IMG/VR virus record: IMGVR_UViG_3300010283_000006 | Location: 4,007-68,006 of that record | Strand: one strand, 5' to 3' | DNA length: 64,000 nt | Source of the DNA: a virus | Lineage: Duplodnaviria; Caudoviricetes | Shown: in pieces, positions 1-10,092 of the stretch | Layout: every line of letters starts with the position of its first letter | Numbering within the stretch: the stretch's first letter is position 1 | Position numbers and translations under genes: made by a program | The notes under the pieces: model-generated | Database searches by the model: none | Seen by the model: the letters and a program-made list of their open reading frames with translations, nothing else | Told to the model about the DNA's origin: nothing

Positions 1-114
1 CTTGAAAAAGCTAGGAAATATGCTGAAGATGAAAAATCTAAAGCAGAAAAGGCTAAAATTAAAGCTCAAAATATTACAGCATATAATGATGACTTATTAG
101 GTGAACTGTTATGA
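1..114 (+). CDS. 3' end of a hypothetical protein (partial)
   Basis: Open frame from base 1 to TGA 112-114, overlapping the ATG of the next gene (ATGA coupling). Confidence 0.6.
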   Translation, partial: LEKARKYAEDEKSKAEKAKIKAQNITAYNDDLLGELL

Positions 115-2111
115 GTAGTACAGCAGTTGAAACAATTATAGCTAGTGTAGATTTGGTTGATTATGTCAGCCAAACTACCAACTTAAAAAGAGTAGGTAAT
201 ACTTATCGTGGTTGTTGTCCTTTACATGAAGGCAATAATGAAAGCTCATTTACGATTTATAACGATAGAAATTACTATTGCTTTGCTTGCGGTAAGGGTG
301 GCAATATTATTAACTTTGTCAGTGAACAGGAAGGTATTGGTTATATTGAAGCAGTAGAAATGCTTGCTCAAAAAGCTAATATCGACTTGGGAAAAGATGA
401 TGAATGGCAAAGAGAGAAAACTATCTTTGAAAAAAATCAAAGTATTGCTGACAAACATTATCGTCAGTTAGACGTAATTCGTGATTATCTTCACGATGAA
501 CGTGGATTAACTGATGAAACCATTGATAACTTTTATCTTGGTTATGATAATAATCGCAAAGGTAAATCTATCGTCATTCCATTACATGATAAAAATGGTA
601 GGATAGTAGCTTTCTGTAAACGATATTTAGATTGTTTACCTAAGTATGTTAATAGTAAAAACAATGAGCTTTACGAAAAAGGCGAGTTCTTGTTTAACGC
701 TTACAGAGCTAAAAGACAATTAAAAAACTTTCAGCGTTTGTATATCTGTGAAGGCTATATTGACGCAATGAGTGCTTATCAACAAGGTTGTGCTTGCGTT
801 GCTTATTGTGGTAGTGAGCTTACAAAAGGACAAATTAATGAAATAAGGGAAATGTTATTACACGTTCCGAATGTTGTTATAATGTATGCTCCTGACAATG
901 ACGATGTTGGACAATCTAAGATACAGCGCACATGGGAAAAATTCAACGAACTAGCTCCGAAACTAGATGTTAGAGTTGTTTGTTATCCTAAAGATAGAAA
1001 AGACTTTAACGAAGTGTTATTAGCTGATGAAAGTATTCCTGATTTACCTAGTGAACCGATTGCTCTAAAAGCTATCAAACAATCATTAGATGAATGTTTT
1101 GATAAAACGTCAGAGTTTAGTGTAGCTACTGAAAAAATTAAGATGGTTAAAAATCCATTGATTAAAGCTGAAATTGTAGAGTATTTAGCTAAGAGATGGG
1201 ATAAACCAGTTAGTGATGTTAAAGAGATTACTACCATTGATTTTCTTGATGATGAAATGGTAGCTGATTTTAAAGACACTGATAAATGTGTAGCTGACTA
1301 TTTCGACCTTATAAATACAGAAGGATTAGGAATTGGTTTTCCTAGTATTGACAGTGCTATGAAATTAAGACCTACTGATGTTGTGTTTTGGGCAGGATAT
1401 AGTGGAACATACAAAACAATGATAGCTTGTGAAGTTGCCTTGCATAATGCTATCAGATTAAAAAAGAATGTATTGTTCTTCTCTCTTGAAATGTCAGCAG
1501 GAAGTTTATATGAACGTCTTATAGCTAGAATATTAAAGAAATCTACTAAAGAAGTAGAAGAAATGGCAAAAGACGGACAACAAGCTATTATCTTGCAAAA
1601 AATTAAGGAAAAACTTCAAGAACGATTATATGTTGTAGATAAATCTAATTTGACTATCAAAGATGTTGAAAAATACATAATCTTAGCAAATACAAGAATT
1701 ATCCAACAAGGGCAAGTAGACTATGTAATTCTTGATTATTTCCAATATCTTAATATGAACACATTTGAAGAAATGTCAGCAGGTGCAAAGTACACTAAAG
1801 TAATTGCTAAAAATCATAATGTAGTATTCTTTATCCTTAGTCAGCTAAATAGAACAGGTGATAACTTTGTTAAACCTACTCTTAAAATGCTAAAAGGTAC
1901 AGGTGATATGGAAGCTTCAGGCGATTATGTTGCTTTAGCATGGACACCAGCAGAAAATCCCAAATTAGATTTAGACGAAAGAGAAAAGCTACAAGGACAC
2001 GTATGTGTAGCGATTGGTAAAGCACGTCGAGGGACGTATGCTAGAGAGTTTGAGCTTAAATATAATCAGCAAGAAGGAAGATTGATGGATTTAAGTGTGG
2101 AGAATGGATAA
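111..2111 (+). CDS. Bifunctional DNA primase-helicase (CHC2 Zn finger + TOPRIM + DnaB-like helicase)
   Basis: CPLH...YYCFAC zinc finger, ICEGYIDAMS and PDND TOPRIM motifs, Walker A AGYSGTYKT, ILDYFQ Walker B, LSQLNR DnaB motif. Confidence 0.93.
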   Translation: MSSTAVETIIASVDLVDYVSQTTNLKRVGNTYRGCCPLHEGNNESSFTIYNDRNYYCFACGKGGNIINFVSEQEGIGYIEAVEMLAQKANIDLGKDDEWQREKTIFEKNQSIADKHYRQLDVIRDYLHDERGLTDETIDNFYLGYDNNRKGKSIVIPLHDKNGRIVAFCKRYLDCLPKYVNSKNNELYEKGEFLFNAYRAKRQLKNFQRLYICEGYIDAMSAYQQGCACVAYCGSELTKGQINEIREMLLHVPNVVIMYAPDNDDVGQSKIQRTWEKFNELAPKLDVRVVCYPKDRKDFNEVLLADESIPDLPSEPIALKAIKQSLDECFDKTSEFSVATEKIKMVKNPLIKAEIVEYLAKRWDKPVSDVKEITTIDFLDDEMVADFKDTDKCVADYFDLINTEGLGIGFPSIDSAMKLRPTDVVFWAGYSGTYKTMIACEVALHNAIRLKKNVLFFSLEMSAGSLYERLIARILKKSTKEVEEMAKDGQQAIILQKIKEKLQERLYVVDKSNLTIKDVEKYIILANTRIIQQGQVDYVILDYFQYLNMNTFEEMSAGAKYTKVIAKNHNVVFFILSQLNRTGDNFVKPTLKMLKGTGDMEASGDYVALAWTPAENPKLDLDEREKLQGHVCVAIGKARRGTYAREFELKYNQQEGRLMDLSVENG

Positions 2112-2971
2112 TGCCAGCTAAATATTTTAAATGTCTTGACGGCAATAAAATAGAGATTAGTGAGTGCTATAAAGATTGCCGTATGAAAGAAAGATGTATG
2201 CTGTTACCTGTTTTAAAGGCTGTTGGGAAAACAAGAGCTTGGTATGGTAAACCTTCAGTAACACAACTGCTAAAAGATACTAGGCAAACTTACTTAGAAA
2301 TTAAACATGATTATACTATTAATCCGCAAAATGCTATTGCTAGTATGATTGGTACAAATAGTCATAGTTTAATGGAAGGCAATGTTCCAAATGGTTTTCT
2401 TTCAGAAGTTAGGCTAGAGGATGATATTACGTCAGGACAGTTTGACGCTTACGATATGAAAAACAAAACCTTAATTGACTTTAAATTCTTTGGAGCTTAT
2501 CGAATTGCTATGGCTTTAGGTAAACGTCCTAGATGGGTAAATAAAGGTGTATACGTTCGTGGCGTTAATAAAGGCAAACCAAAATGGGTACAGGAATTTC
2601 AAGATGGCGGTGTAAAAGATGTATTAGAGATTAGCAAACAGCTATCGTATTATAAGATTTTAATGAAACAGCATGGTTTAGAAGTCAAAGACATTAAAGT
2701 TCAAATGCTTGTCAGAGGTGGTTTAGATAAAACTGCCAAAGGTTATGGTTTAGACAGAATGAGCTATGTTGTTAGGTTAAATGGTATTTCTGAACATTGG
2801 ATTAGAATGTATATGAAAGCTAAATACGATAAGTTGATGAAAGCTTTAGAAACTGATACATTACCACCTTTGTGTAAAAACAGATGGAATGATTTAAAAT
2901 GCAAGGAATATTGTGGAGTTAATGAGTTCTGTCCGTATTATAAGGAGAAATATATGGAGCATAAAAAGTGA
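2111..2971 (+). CDS. Cas4-like PD-(D/E)XK exonuclease (solo)
   Basis: GQFD...LIDFKF nuclease core, N-terminal Cys and C-terminal C-x8-C-x3-C-x5-C cluster as in Fe-S Cas4/AddB-type nucleases. Confidence 0.75.
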   Translation: MPAKYFKCLDGNKIEISECYKDCRMKERCMLLPVLKAVGKTRAWYGKPSVTQLLKDTRQTYLEIKHDYTINPQNAIASMIGTNSHSLMEGNVPNGFLSEVRLEDDITSGQFDAYDMKNKTLIDFKFFGAYRIAMALGKRPRWVNKGVYVRGVNKGKPKWVQEFQDGGVKDVLEISKQLSYYKILMKQHGLEVKDIKVQMLVRGGLDKTAKGYGLDRMSYVVRLNGISEHWIRMYMKAKYDKLMKALETDTLPPLCKNRWNDLKCKEYCGVNEFCPYYKEKYMEHKK

Positions 2972-3702
2972 AAGAAAACTACGTAGACAAATATAAAGAA
3001 TTGAATTTCTTTGTTGTCGGCAAACCTTTTAGTGGAGCTGGATTAATAGCACGTATGATGTATGGTGATTGGAAAGGATTTAAGTATATTGATATGAATT
3101 ATCTGATTGACGATATGTATAATGACTTTCAAACAATCAATCAACATAAGGGACAAATGAGAATGGCGGTAAGAAGTTCTGTTATTCTTAAAAATGCTGA
3201 ATATCTTTATCGAAGTATCGGTATTCCTGAATTTATAGCGGCTCAAAAAATGTGGGAATGGCAAAAGCTGTTAGACGAAAACTGTTCTCCTGCCAAATTG
3301 AAAACAGTTATTTGGCGAAGTATGTGTGAGTTCAATCCAAATTGGCGTAAAATCTACGTCAGACAAAGAATGATTGAACGTCCTTCGTACAAGTATGTTT
3401 TTAGTCACGCTATGTCAAAAGAGGAATTATCCTTTGTTAAAAACCCTATTATTATATGGGTAGATACAACTGATATTAGCGAATACCGACACTTATATAA
3501 TTCCAAACAAGGCATTGTTAAACAAGATTGGAATTATAGAGAGTATAAAGGCTTTTGTAATTATTGTAGAGATAATGCTACGTTTGTAATTTATAACAAT
3601 GGTAGCATTAATGAATTAGAGTATCAATTAGAAGATTTAAGGAAGGCGATTGGAATTGAAAGAAACACAAAATCATTTGCGTTTTACAGAAAAGTTAAAT
3701 AA
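2968..3702 (+). CDS. Hypothetical protein, possible degenerate nucleotide-kinase fold
   Basis: N-terminal FFVVGKPFSGAG resembles a P-loop; C-terminal FVIYNNGSINEL resembles dNMP kinase ends. Weak. Confidence 0.35.
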   Translation: MKENYVDKYKELNFFVVGKPFSGAGLIARMMYGDWKGFKYIDMNYLIDDMYNDFQTINQHKGQMRMAVRSSVILKNAEYLYRSIGIPEFIAAQKMWEWQKLLDENCSPAKLKTVIWRSMCEFNPNWRKIYVRQRMIERPSYKYVFSHAMSKEELSFVKNPIIIWVDTTDISEYRHLYNSKQGIVKQDWNYREYKGFCNYCRDNATFVIYNNGSINELEYQLEDLRKAIGIERNTKSFAFYRKVK

Positions 3703-3822
3703 CAAGAAAGAAGGTATGTATATGAACAAAACAGATAAAACTAAACAAGGTAGCTATTGCCCTAAAGAGATTGGTTGTTGCTGGAACTTCTTTAAGAAGA
3801 AAAAAGAAACAGTTAAAGCCTA

Positions 3823-4416
3823 ATGCCTTGTATTTGTAATCAGTGTACTGTCAGAAATTGCAAGATGAAAAAGACGTTAAAGAAACGTACTCTAGGCAAA
3901 AGAAACCGCAATACTGGCAGATATGCTGAACAGAAGTTGCTTAAACTATTCCAATCTTGGAATATTAATATTCACCAAACTATCGCTAGTGGTAGTTTGA
4001 AACAGGTTACAAACAGATTATCTAAACAAGATAAGGATTTATTCATTAGTGACTTTTACACAGAAGATTTGATTAAAGGTGAAGTTATTCGCATTGAAAA
4101 CAAAAAACGTCAGTATAAAGTGTTTAAAAAATACTATGAGAAAACAGGCGATAAACCACTAATCATCAAAGACTTTTGTACGATAGTTAATCAAACAGAC
4201 TTCAAGAATATGCTAGATGGAAAATTCAATCAGCCGTATGAAGTAATTGAAGATAAGAATAACAAGCTGTTACATGATTTTTTTAATCAAGATAATGCTC
4301 AAATAGTTAGTTTGATTAGTCCTGATGATAACTCTAGTCGATATAAAGATTTTCTGTTCTGTATAGATAATAAAATTATAAACAAGTTAATTAAAGAAAG
4401 AGGTATGCACAAATGA
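3823..4416 (+). CDS. Hjc-like Holliday junction resolvase (start may be ATG 3865)
   Basis: NRNTGRYAEQKL...IASGS...SD...IRIENK matches the Hjc/PD-(D/E)XK pattern; replication-module context. Confidence 0.6.
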   Translation: MPCICNQCTVRNCKMKKTLKKRTLGKRNRNTGRYAEQKLLKLFQSWNINIHQTIASGSLKQVTNRLSKQDKDLFISDFYTEDLIKGEVIRIENKKRQYKVFKKYYEKTGDKPLIIKDFCTIVNQTDFKNMLDGKFNQPYEVIEDKNNKLLHDFFNQDNAQIVSLISPDDNSSRYKDFLFCIDNKIINKLIKERGMHK

Positions 4417-4721
4417 AATTTTTAAATCAAGTTGTTATTGCTGGTTATATTGGAAATATTGGTGACACTAAAGCTACTAAAGCTGGTTCTCTGATGAACT
4501 TCTCTTTGAGCTTTAGTAATGGTAAGAATAAAGAAAATAAAACTAAATACGCTTTCATCAACTGCACTACTTTTGACGATGAAGTTATTGAAGCTGTATC
4601 TGCTTTCGGCAAAAAGGCTAAAGTCCTTGTAACTGGTCGACTTGCTGAAGATAGCTATACTAATAAAGAAGGTAAAGAAATCCGTCAACTGAAAATGATT
4701 GTAGAAAATGTCTGCCAATAA
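4413..4721 (+). CDS. ssb: Single-stranded DNA-binding protein (short, no acidic tail)
   Basis: LNQVVIAGYIG...VLVTGRL...YTNKEG OB-fold SSB signature. Confidence 0.88.
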   Translation: MKFLNQVVIAGYIGNIGDTKATKAGSLMNFSLSFSNGKNKENKTKYAFINCTTFDDEVIEAVSAFGKKAKVLVTGRLAEDSYTNKEGKEIRQLKMIVENVCQ

Positions 4722-4726
4722 GGAGA

Positions 4727-5689
4727 TTGAATATGAACTTTGATAAATTGAGAAAAGGCGATATGCTCATTACTACCGATACTATTAAACTGACTAATAC
4801 TTGTGATGATTATGTTAAAAAAGGTACGAAACTAGAAGTAGTAGGTAAGTTGAGTAATGGTAATATTGGTGTAAAAGAAGATGTATTTAGTCCTAGTGGA
4901 AAAGTTACTATGTATGTCATTACTAAAGATGATATTGATAAAGTTAAGTTGGTTTCTAAATATGATGTAGGGGATGTATTAGAATTTCCGCACTCTATGC
5001 GCTTAACTGTTTATCGTAATGAGAAAGCTAAAGGTTCTATTAATATAACTTTCCAAAAGGGTAATCAAATTGCTATCCGTTCTATCGTTCCACAATACTA
5101 TAATTGCACAGTAATTAGTGGCGAATATAAAGGTGAGCATATTACTATTGTTCAAGACCTTGCTGACTATTTCTTAGAGAAACTTGGTAATACTATTGAT
5201 GGCGATTTTGGTGATGATAAAAAAAGAGGTGAAAACTACATGAATAAGCCTATTGGTTTTAAATATGGTGATTTGGTAAATTATTATAAATCTGTTTGTG
5301 CTGACGATAAAAAACCTTCTCTTGCATTGAATACTAATCTTATGTTTATTAGTTATTTAGATACACCCATTCCTTATCATAAAGACCATAGTATTCCTCT
5401 TGATTGTGTGTGCTCTACTCTTGATACACATGAAACTGTATTAGCTCATTCCGCTTCTCTTAAAGCCGTAAAGACTAATCATTGCCTTAACAAACATGAA
5501 ATTACTGTGAAAGTAAAAGGTAATCGTGTGAAATATATGGATAAAGTTGGTAATAATGAATATGTTGGCGTAGCTGTTTGTGATAACGAAGATGTATTTA
5601 ATCTTAGAACTGGTTTGCTTTTAGCAATTTCTAGAGCATATGGTGATAAAGCTCTTGGTGATTTTGCTTTAGATAGATTTAAAGACTAA
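4727..5689 (+). CDS. Hypothetical phage protein
   Basis: Long ORF with GGAG RBS; C-terminal GVAVCDNEDVFNLRTGLLLAISRA is a typical phage motif. Confidence 0.6.
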   Translation: MNMNFDKLRKGDMLITTDTIKLTNTCDDYVKKGTKLEVVGKLSNGNIGVKEDVFSPSGKVTMYVITKDDIDKVKLVSKYDVGDVLEFPHSMRLTVYRNEKAKGSINITFQKGNQIAIRSIVPQYYNCTVISGEYKGEHITIVQDLADYFLEKLGNTIDGDFGDDKKRGENYMNKPIGFKYGDLVNYYKSVCADDKKPSLALNTNLMFISYLDTPIPYHKDHSIPLDCVCSTLDTHETVLAHSASLKAVKTNHCLNKHEITVKVKGNRVKYMDKVGNNEYVGVAVCDNEDVFNLRTGLLLAISRAYGDKALGDFALDRFKD

Positions 5690-5701
5690 GGAGATAATAC
5701 A

Positions 5702-8251
5702 TTGAATACACCTATTGAACGCATGAAAACTCAAATTGATTATGCTAAAAATTTTAATGTCAATAAATTTGATTTTTGGTGGAGAGATTATATCGCCAAA
5801 AACATTTTGACTAAAAAATATTATCACGATGAAGAACTGGAAGTTTTTAATAAAGGTGGTACAGAGAACGAAGATATTGCCTTCGATATGTTTGTTAATC
5901 GTGTAGCAAGTATTGTTCCTGAATATGACGATGAAGTAATGAAGTTTATGAAAAACAGCTTATATAGCGGTGATTTTATCTTAGCTGGCAGAAGTCTTTA
6001 TGGTGCTGGTGCTAAAGGTAAATTTAAATCATCTATGAGTAATTGTTATATTCTTCCTAAGCCTGAAGATAATTTAGAAAGTATCTTTGATGTATCGAAA
6101 GAAATGGCACGTATCTTTTCTTATGGCGGTGGTTGTGGCGTAGATATTTCTAACCTTAGACCTAAAAACGCTAAAGTTAAGAATGTAGCGAGAACTTCTA
6201 GCGGTGCTGTTAGCTTTATGAATTTGTTTAGTTCGGTTGGCGAATTGATTGCTCAACAAAACAGGCGAGGTGCAATTCTTATCGCTATGGATTGTAATCA
6301 TCCTGATATTGAAGATTTTCTGACTATCAAACAAAATAATGATAAAGTTCAGGGTGCTAACATTTCTATTAAGTTCACTGATGAATTTATACAAGCTGTT
6401 AAAGGCAATAAAGATATTCAGCTTTACTTTAAGGTAAAAGCTACTGGCGAAGAAATTACTAAAACTATCAATGCTGGTGAGTTCTTCACAAAGTTTGCTG
6501 AAGCTCAACATGGATTTGCTGAACCTGGTGCACTCTTTATTGATACAGTTCGTAATTGGAATATGCTTAGTGAATATAAAGATTATAAGATTGACGTAAC
6601 TAATCCTTGTGCGGAGTTTTGTGGCAATGAATATAATTCATGTAATCTTTCCAGTGTTAATCTTTATAACTTTGTAAAAAATCCATTTACTCGTAATGCT
6701 GAATTTGATTTTGAACGCTTTAAACAGACAGTAACTAACGCTGTACATATGGCAAACTATGTTCTTGATTATGGTTATGATACACAGCCATTAGAAGAAA
6801 ATAGAAAATGTATTGATAACTGGCGTTCTATCGGTATTGGTGTATTTGGAGTAGCTGATATGTTGGTTGCATTAGGTATTCCATATGGCAGTAAAGATAG
6901 CATTAAGGTTATCGAAGATGTTATGAAGCATATGCAAGTATACACCTTTGAAGCTAGTATTGAAAATGCTAGAAAAAATGGTACTTTTGATAAATTTGAT
7001 TGGCAAAAAACTGTTAAGTCAAAATATGTACAGGCATTAATCAAAAACTATGCTGAAATCTATAATATGGCTGAAAAAGGTGCTGAAGCAGAGCTTATCA
7101 ACAAACTTTCTAAATATGGTTTGGCTAATGGTACAATCTTGTCTATCGCTCCTACTGGCAGTATTGCAATGTTGTTTAGAGAAAGTGGCGGTGTAGAACC
7201 TTATTATCAAGTATGTTATGAGCGTACTACACATCAACTTGAAAAAGAACATAAGAAGTTTACTATCTCTATGTTGGCAGTAGAGCATATGCTAAAATCT
7301 AGTGCAATGTGCAAAGATATGGTTTTAGGCAAAGATATTACCGAAAAGGAAATTAAAGAAATGTTTCCGTGGGTAGTTAATACTTATGATGTATCTCCAT
7401 ACGATAGAGTTGATATGCAAGCTGTTATGCAAAAATACGTTGATAATGCTATCTCTAGTACAATCAATCTTAAAGAAAGTGTTAGTCCAATCCTTATCTT
7501 TAACTTATACTTATACGCTTGGCAAAAAGGCTGTAAAGGTATTACAGTATTTAGAGATAACTGTGAGCGTATCAGTATTTTAGGTAAAAATCATGGTAAA
7601 ACTAGAGATAATAAGCAAGATGTATCTTTAGATGAAAATACTAAAGCCATAGAAGATAAAAATAACTCTATTGAAGTTGTATCTAATACACCTGTTTTAG
7701 ATAGCATTATGCCAAATAAACGTAATCCACAAACTTCATTATGGGGCAGAACATTCCTGTATCATACAGCTTGTGTACCTAAGTTCTATGTAACTGTAAA
7801 CATCAAAGATGGTGAGTTGTTTGAAGTATTTGTCGGAGCTGATAAAGGTTGTCAGGCTAATATTGCTACAATTACTAGACTTACAAGTTTGTGTCTGCGT
7901 AGCGGTATTAAAGTAGATGAAGTTATTAAAAATCTTAATTCTGCTTTATGTCCTGCTTGCGCTAATCAGAAACGCAAAGGTGATTTGACCGTAAATAAAT
8001 CTTGTGCAAGTTGTATTGCAAGTGCTTTAATTGAAATGCGTAAATCACTTAATGGTGGTAAAGCAAAACTTGATGATAAACAAAAAGTTGAGTTTACAGA
8101 AGTAGAAAAAGTGCCTACTGAAATTAAAATGGTTAAAGTATCTACTGACAAACCTAAACTTGCTAACTGTCCTGAATGTGGTAAAAATACATTGATTGCC
8201 GAAGGACGTTGCTATTATTGCTCTAATTGCGGTTGGAGTAAGTGCGATTAA
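5702..8251 (+). CDS. nrdJ: Class II (B12-dependent) ribonucleotide reductase with C-terminal Zn-ribbon
   Basis: SNCY, GGGCG, TNPCAEF (radical Cys), CNLSSVNL and IAPTGS motifs; C-terminal CPECG...CYYCSNCGWSKC; no NrdB seen. TTG start after AGGAG. Confidence 0.9.
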   Translation: MNTPIERMKTQIDYAKNFNVNKFDFWWRDYIAKNILTKKYYHDEELEVFNKGGTENEDIAFDMFVNRVASIVPEYDDEVMKFMKNSLYSGDFILAGRSLYGAGAKGKFKSSMSNCYILPKPEDNLESIFDVSKEMARIFSYGGGCGVDISNLRPKNAKVKNVARTSSGAVSFMNLFSSVGELIAQQNRRGAILIAMDCNHPDIEDFLTIKQNNDKVQGANISIKFTDEFIQAVKGNKDIQLYFKVKATGEEITKTINAGEFFTKFAEAQHGFAEPGALFIDTVRNWNMLSEYKDYKIDVTNPCAEFCGNEYNSCNLSSVNLYNFVKNPFTRNAEFDFERFKQTVTNAVHMANYVLDYGYDTQPLEENRKCIDNWRSIGIGVFGVADMLVALGIPYGSKDSIKVIEDVMKHMQVYTFEASIENARKNGTFDKFDWQKTVKSKYVQALIKNYAEIYNMAEKGAEAELINKLSKYGLANGTILSIAPTGSIAMLFRESGGVEPYYQVCYERTTHQLEKEHKKFTISMLAVEHMLKSSAMCKDMVLGKDITEKEIKEMFPWVVNTYDVSPYDRVDMQAVMQKYVDNAISSTINLKESVSPILIFNLYLYAWQKGCKGITVFRDNCERISILGKNHGKTRDNKQDVSLDENTKAIEDKNNSIEVVSNTPVLDSIMPNKRNPQTSLWGRTFLYHTACVPKFYVTVNIKDGELFEVFVGADKGCQANIATITRLTSLCLRSGIKVDEVIKNLNSALCPACANQKRKGDLTVNKSCASCIASALIEMRKSLNGGKAKLDDKQKVEFTEVEKVPTEIKMVKVSTDKPKLANCPECGKNTLIAEGRCYYCSNCGWSKCD

Positions 8252-8345
8252 CTAATTAAATATATTGCCCTGATATGAGAAGGGTGCTATTTCTGTACCC
8301 TTCTTTATCCGAAATTAATTTAAAAACAGATAGGAGAAACAGATA

Positions 8346-8543
8346 ATGAAAAAACGTATTCATTCTAAAACATGGACACCTAAAGTAAAACCTTATGAAC
8401 TCTATAATATCTTTGCTCATCTCGACGAAAAACAGATTGATTTGCGTAGAAATAAACCTTTTGAATGGTGGCAACGTATGTTAGAGAAAGCTAAATCTTT
8501 TAACAAGAAATATATTGAGAAAGCTGGTAATGCTAATGCTTAA
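8346..8543 (+). CDS. Hypothetical protein
   Basis: AGGAG RBS, coupled to the next ORF. Confidence 0.6.
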   Translation: MKKRIHSKTWTPKVKPYELYNIFAHLDEKQIDLRRNKPFEWWQRMLEKAKSFNKKYIEKAGNANA

Positions 8544-8739
8544 ACTTGTAAATACTGTCTTAACTAAAGTTTCCAATGGTTTGTATCAGGCTTCTTTGAA
8601 AGCATATGACTTTGAAAAGAGTGTAGCTAAAAAGCGTGTAAGTATCTTGCGTGATTGTAATTCTCGTATGTCATACAAAATCATGGAGAACAAAGATATT
8701 ATCGTTAGTTTGGAAAACACTTATGATTTGAATAAATAG
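8530..8739 (+). CDS. Hypothetical protein
   Basis: ORF in the coupled middle-gene run. Confidence 0.55.
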   Translation: MLMLKLVNTVLTKVSNGLYQASLKAYDFEKSVAKKRVSILRDCNSRMSYKIMENKDIIVSLENTYDLNK

Positions 8740-8748
8740 GTGTTTTAA

Positions 8749-8931
8749 ATGGTTATTGAAATCTTATGTATTATTACAACTATCTCTATGTTAGTTGCTA
8801 GATTAGCTGGCTGTGAAGCTCTTACAACTGGTGTAATCTTATCGCCGATTATCGGTTATTCAATCGCTTATCTTATGCTTTATATGGCATATAAATTAAT
8901 GCAAGAAAGGAGTGATAACAATGACAATTAA
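8749..8931 (+). CDS. Small membrane protein
   Basis: Two hydrophobic segments, AGGTG RBS. Confidence 0.55.
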   Translation: MVIEILCIITTISMLVARLAGCEALTTGVILSPIIGYSIAYLMLYMAYKLMQERSDNNDN

Positions 8932-9088
8932 AGAGCTTTACGAATGGGCAAAAGCTAATGACTGCGAGGACTATGAAATCAATGTTGAGTGCTATGATGA
9001 AGATGGAGATATTTCTGAAGTGTGGCTTGACAGCGAAAAGATTGTTAAAAAGCGTAGATTTGATGTACTGATTAATTGCGCAAGATAA
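8921..9088 (+). CDS. Small acidic hypothetical protein (not in ORF track)
   Basis: AAGGAG RBS; MTIKELYEWAKAN...INCAR, 55 aa. Confidence 0.6.
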   Translation: MTIKELYEWAKANDCEDYEINVECYDEDGDISEVWLDSEKIVKKRRFDVLINCAR

Positions 9089-9096
9089 GGTGAAAA

Positions 9097-9522
9097 ATGA
9101 ACAGAAACTTAATTCCTGTAATCTGTAAGACGCTAGGCGTAGATATTGAAGAAGAATTTAAAATTAATGTCTATAACGATGATATTTTCCGAATTACCAA
9201 AACTGGATTAGAAAAACAATTTATAGATGAATTTGATGGTTCTAAATGGTGGGAACAACTTTCATCAACTATTTTTACAGATTTATTAGCTGGCAATATA
9301 GAAATTATTAAATTACCGTGGAAACCAAAAGTTGATGAAACGTACTATTCATTTTACTATCGGCAAAAAGATGAAACGTGGGTGGTTACTGGTATATTAT
9401 GGGATAACGATGTTGTTGACAATGCACTTTTTAAAGCTGGGTGGATATTCAAAACAGAAGATGAAGCTCGTGAAGCATTACCATCTATCGCAACAGAAGC
9501 AGGTGCAAAGTATGAACAGTAA
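9097..9522 (+). CDS. Hypothetical phage protein, paralog A
   Basis: MNRNLIPVI..LGV..E.FKI...KLPWKPK; paralogous to the next gene. Confidence 0.7.
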   Translation: MNRNLIPVICKTLGVDIEEEFKINVYNDDIFRITKTGLEKQFIDEFDGSKWWEQLSSTIFTDLLAGNIEIIKLPWKPKVDETYYSFYYRQKDETWVVTGILWDNDVVDNALFKAGWIFKTEDEAREALPSIATEAGAKYEQ

Positions 9523-9639
9523 TTTTGTATGTATGATTTTTTAGTAGCCTTAATTATTGGTACATTTTGTGGTGCTGTAATAATAACCATGTTGTTTTGG
9601 ATTAATGAGTTTTCAAGATATACGAAAGGAGATAAAGAA

Positions 9640-10092
9640 ATGAACGAAAATTTGATACCCAAAATAGCTGAAATGTTAGGGGTAACTCTTAATGAAAAAT
9701 TTAAGATTGATAAATATGGCAATAGGATATTTAAGTTTAGTGATGATAGCCTTTGGGAAAGAGTTGTAGAAGGTGATGATGAAAATCAATACGTTACTTG
9801 GGGCGAAAGCTTGCTCTGTCTAAAACAACTTCTTAATGGTAATGCTAAAGTTATCAAATTGCCGTGGAAACCGAAAGTGGGCGATACTTTCTATACTTTC
9901 GATTTAATTTATGGGAAATGGGTTGTTTGCTCATTTACACGAGCATGGATAGGTTCTCCTTCCAATTATGCTTTACTTGATAAAGGATGGATATATCGTA
10001 CAGCTAAAGAAGCACTGCAAAACTTACCTAAAGTTGCTAAAGAATACGATGTTCCGTGTTCCTTAGATGGACAATCTTACGAGGAAGATTAA
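9640..10092 (+). CDS. Hypothetical phage protein, paralog B (ORF track starts at 9529)
   Basis: AAAGGAG RBS before MNENLIPKI; same LGV/KFKI/KLPWKPK/GWI motifs as paralog A. Confidence 0.7.
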   Translation: MNENLIPKIAEMLGVTLNEKFKIDKYGNRIFKFSDDSLWERVVEGDDENQYVTWGESLLCLKQLLNGNAKVIKLPWKPKVGDTFYTFDLIYGKWVVCSFTRAWIGSPSNYALLDKGWIYRTAKEALQNLPKVAKEYDVPCSLDGQSYEED

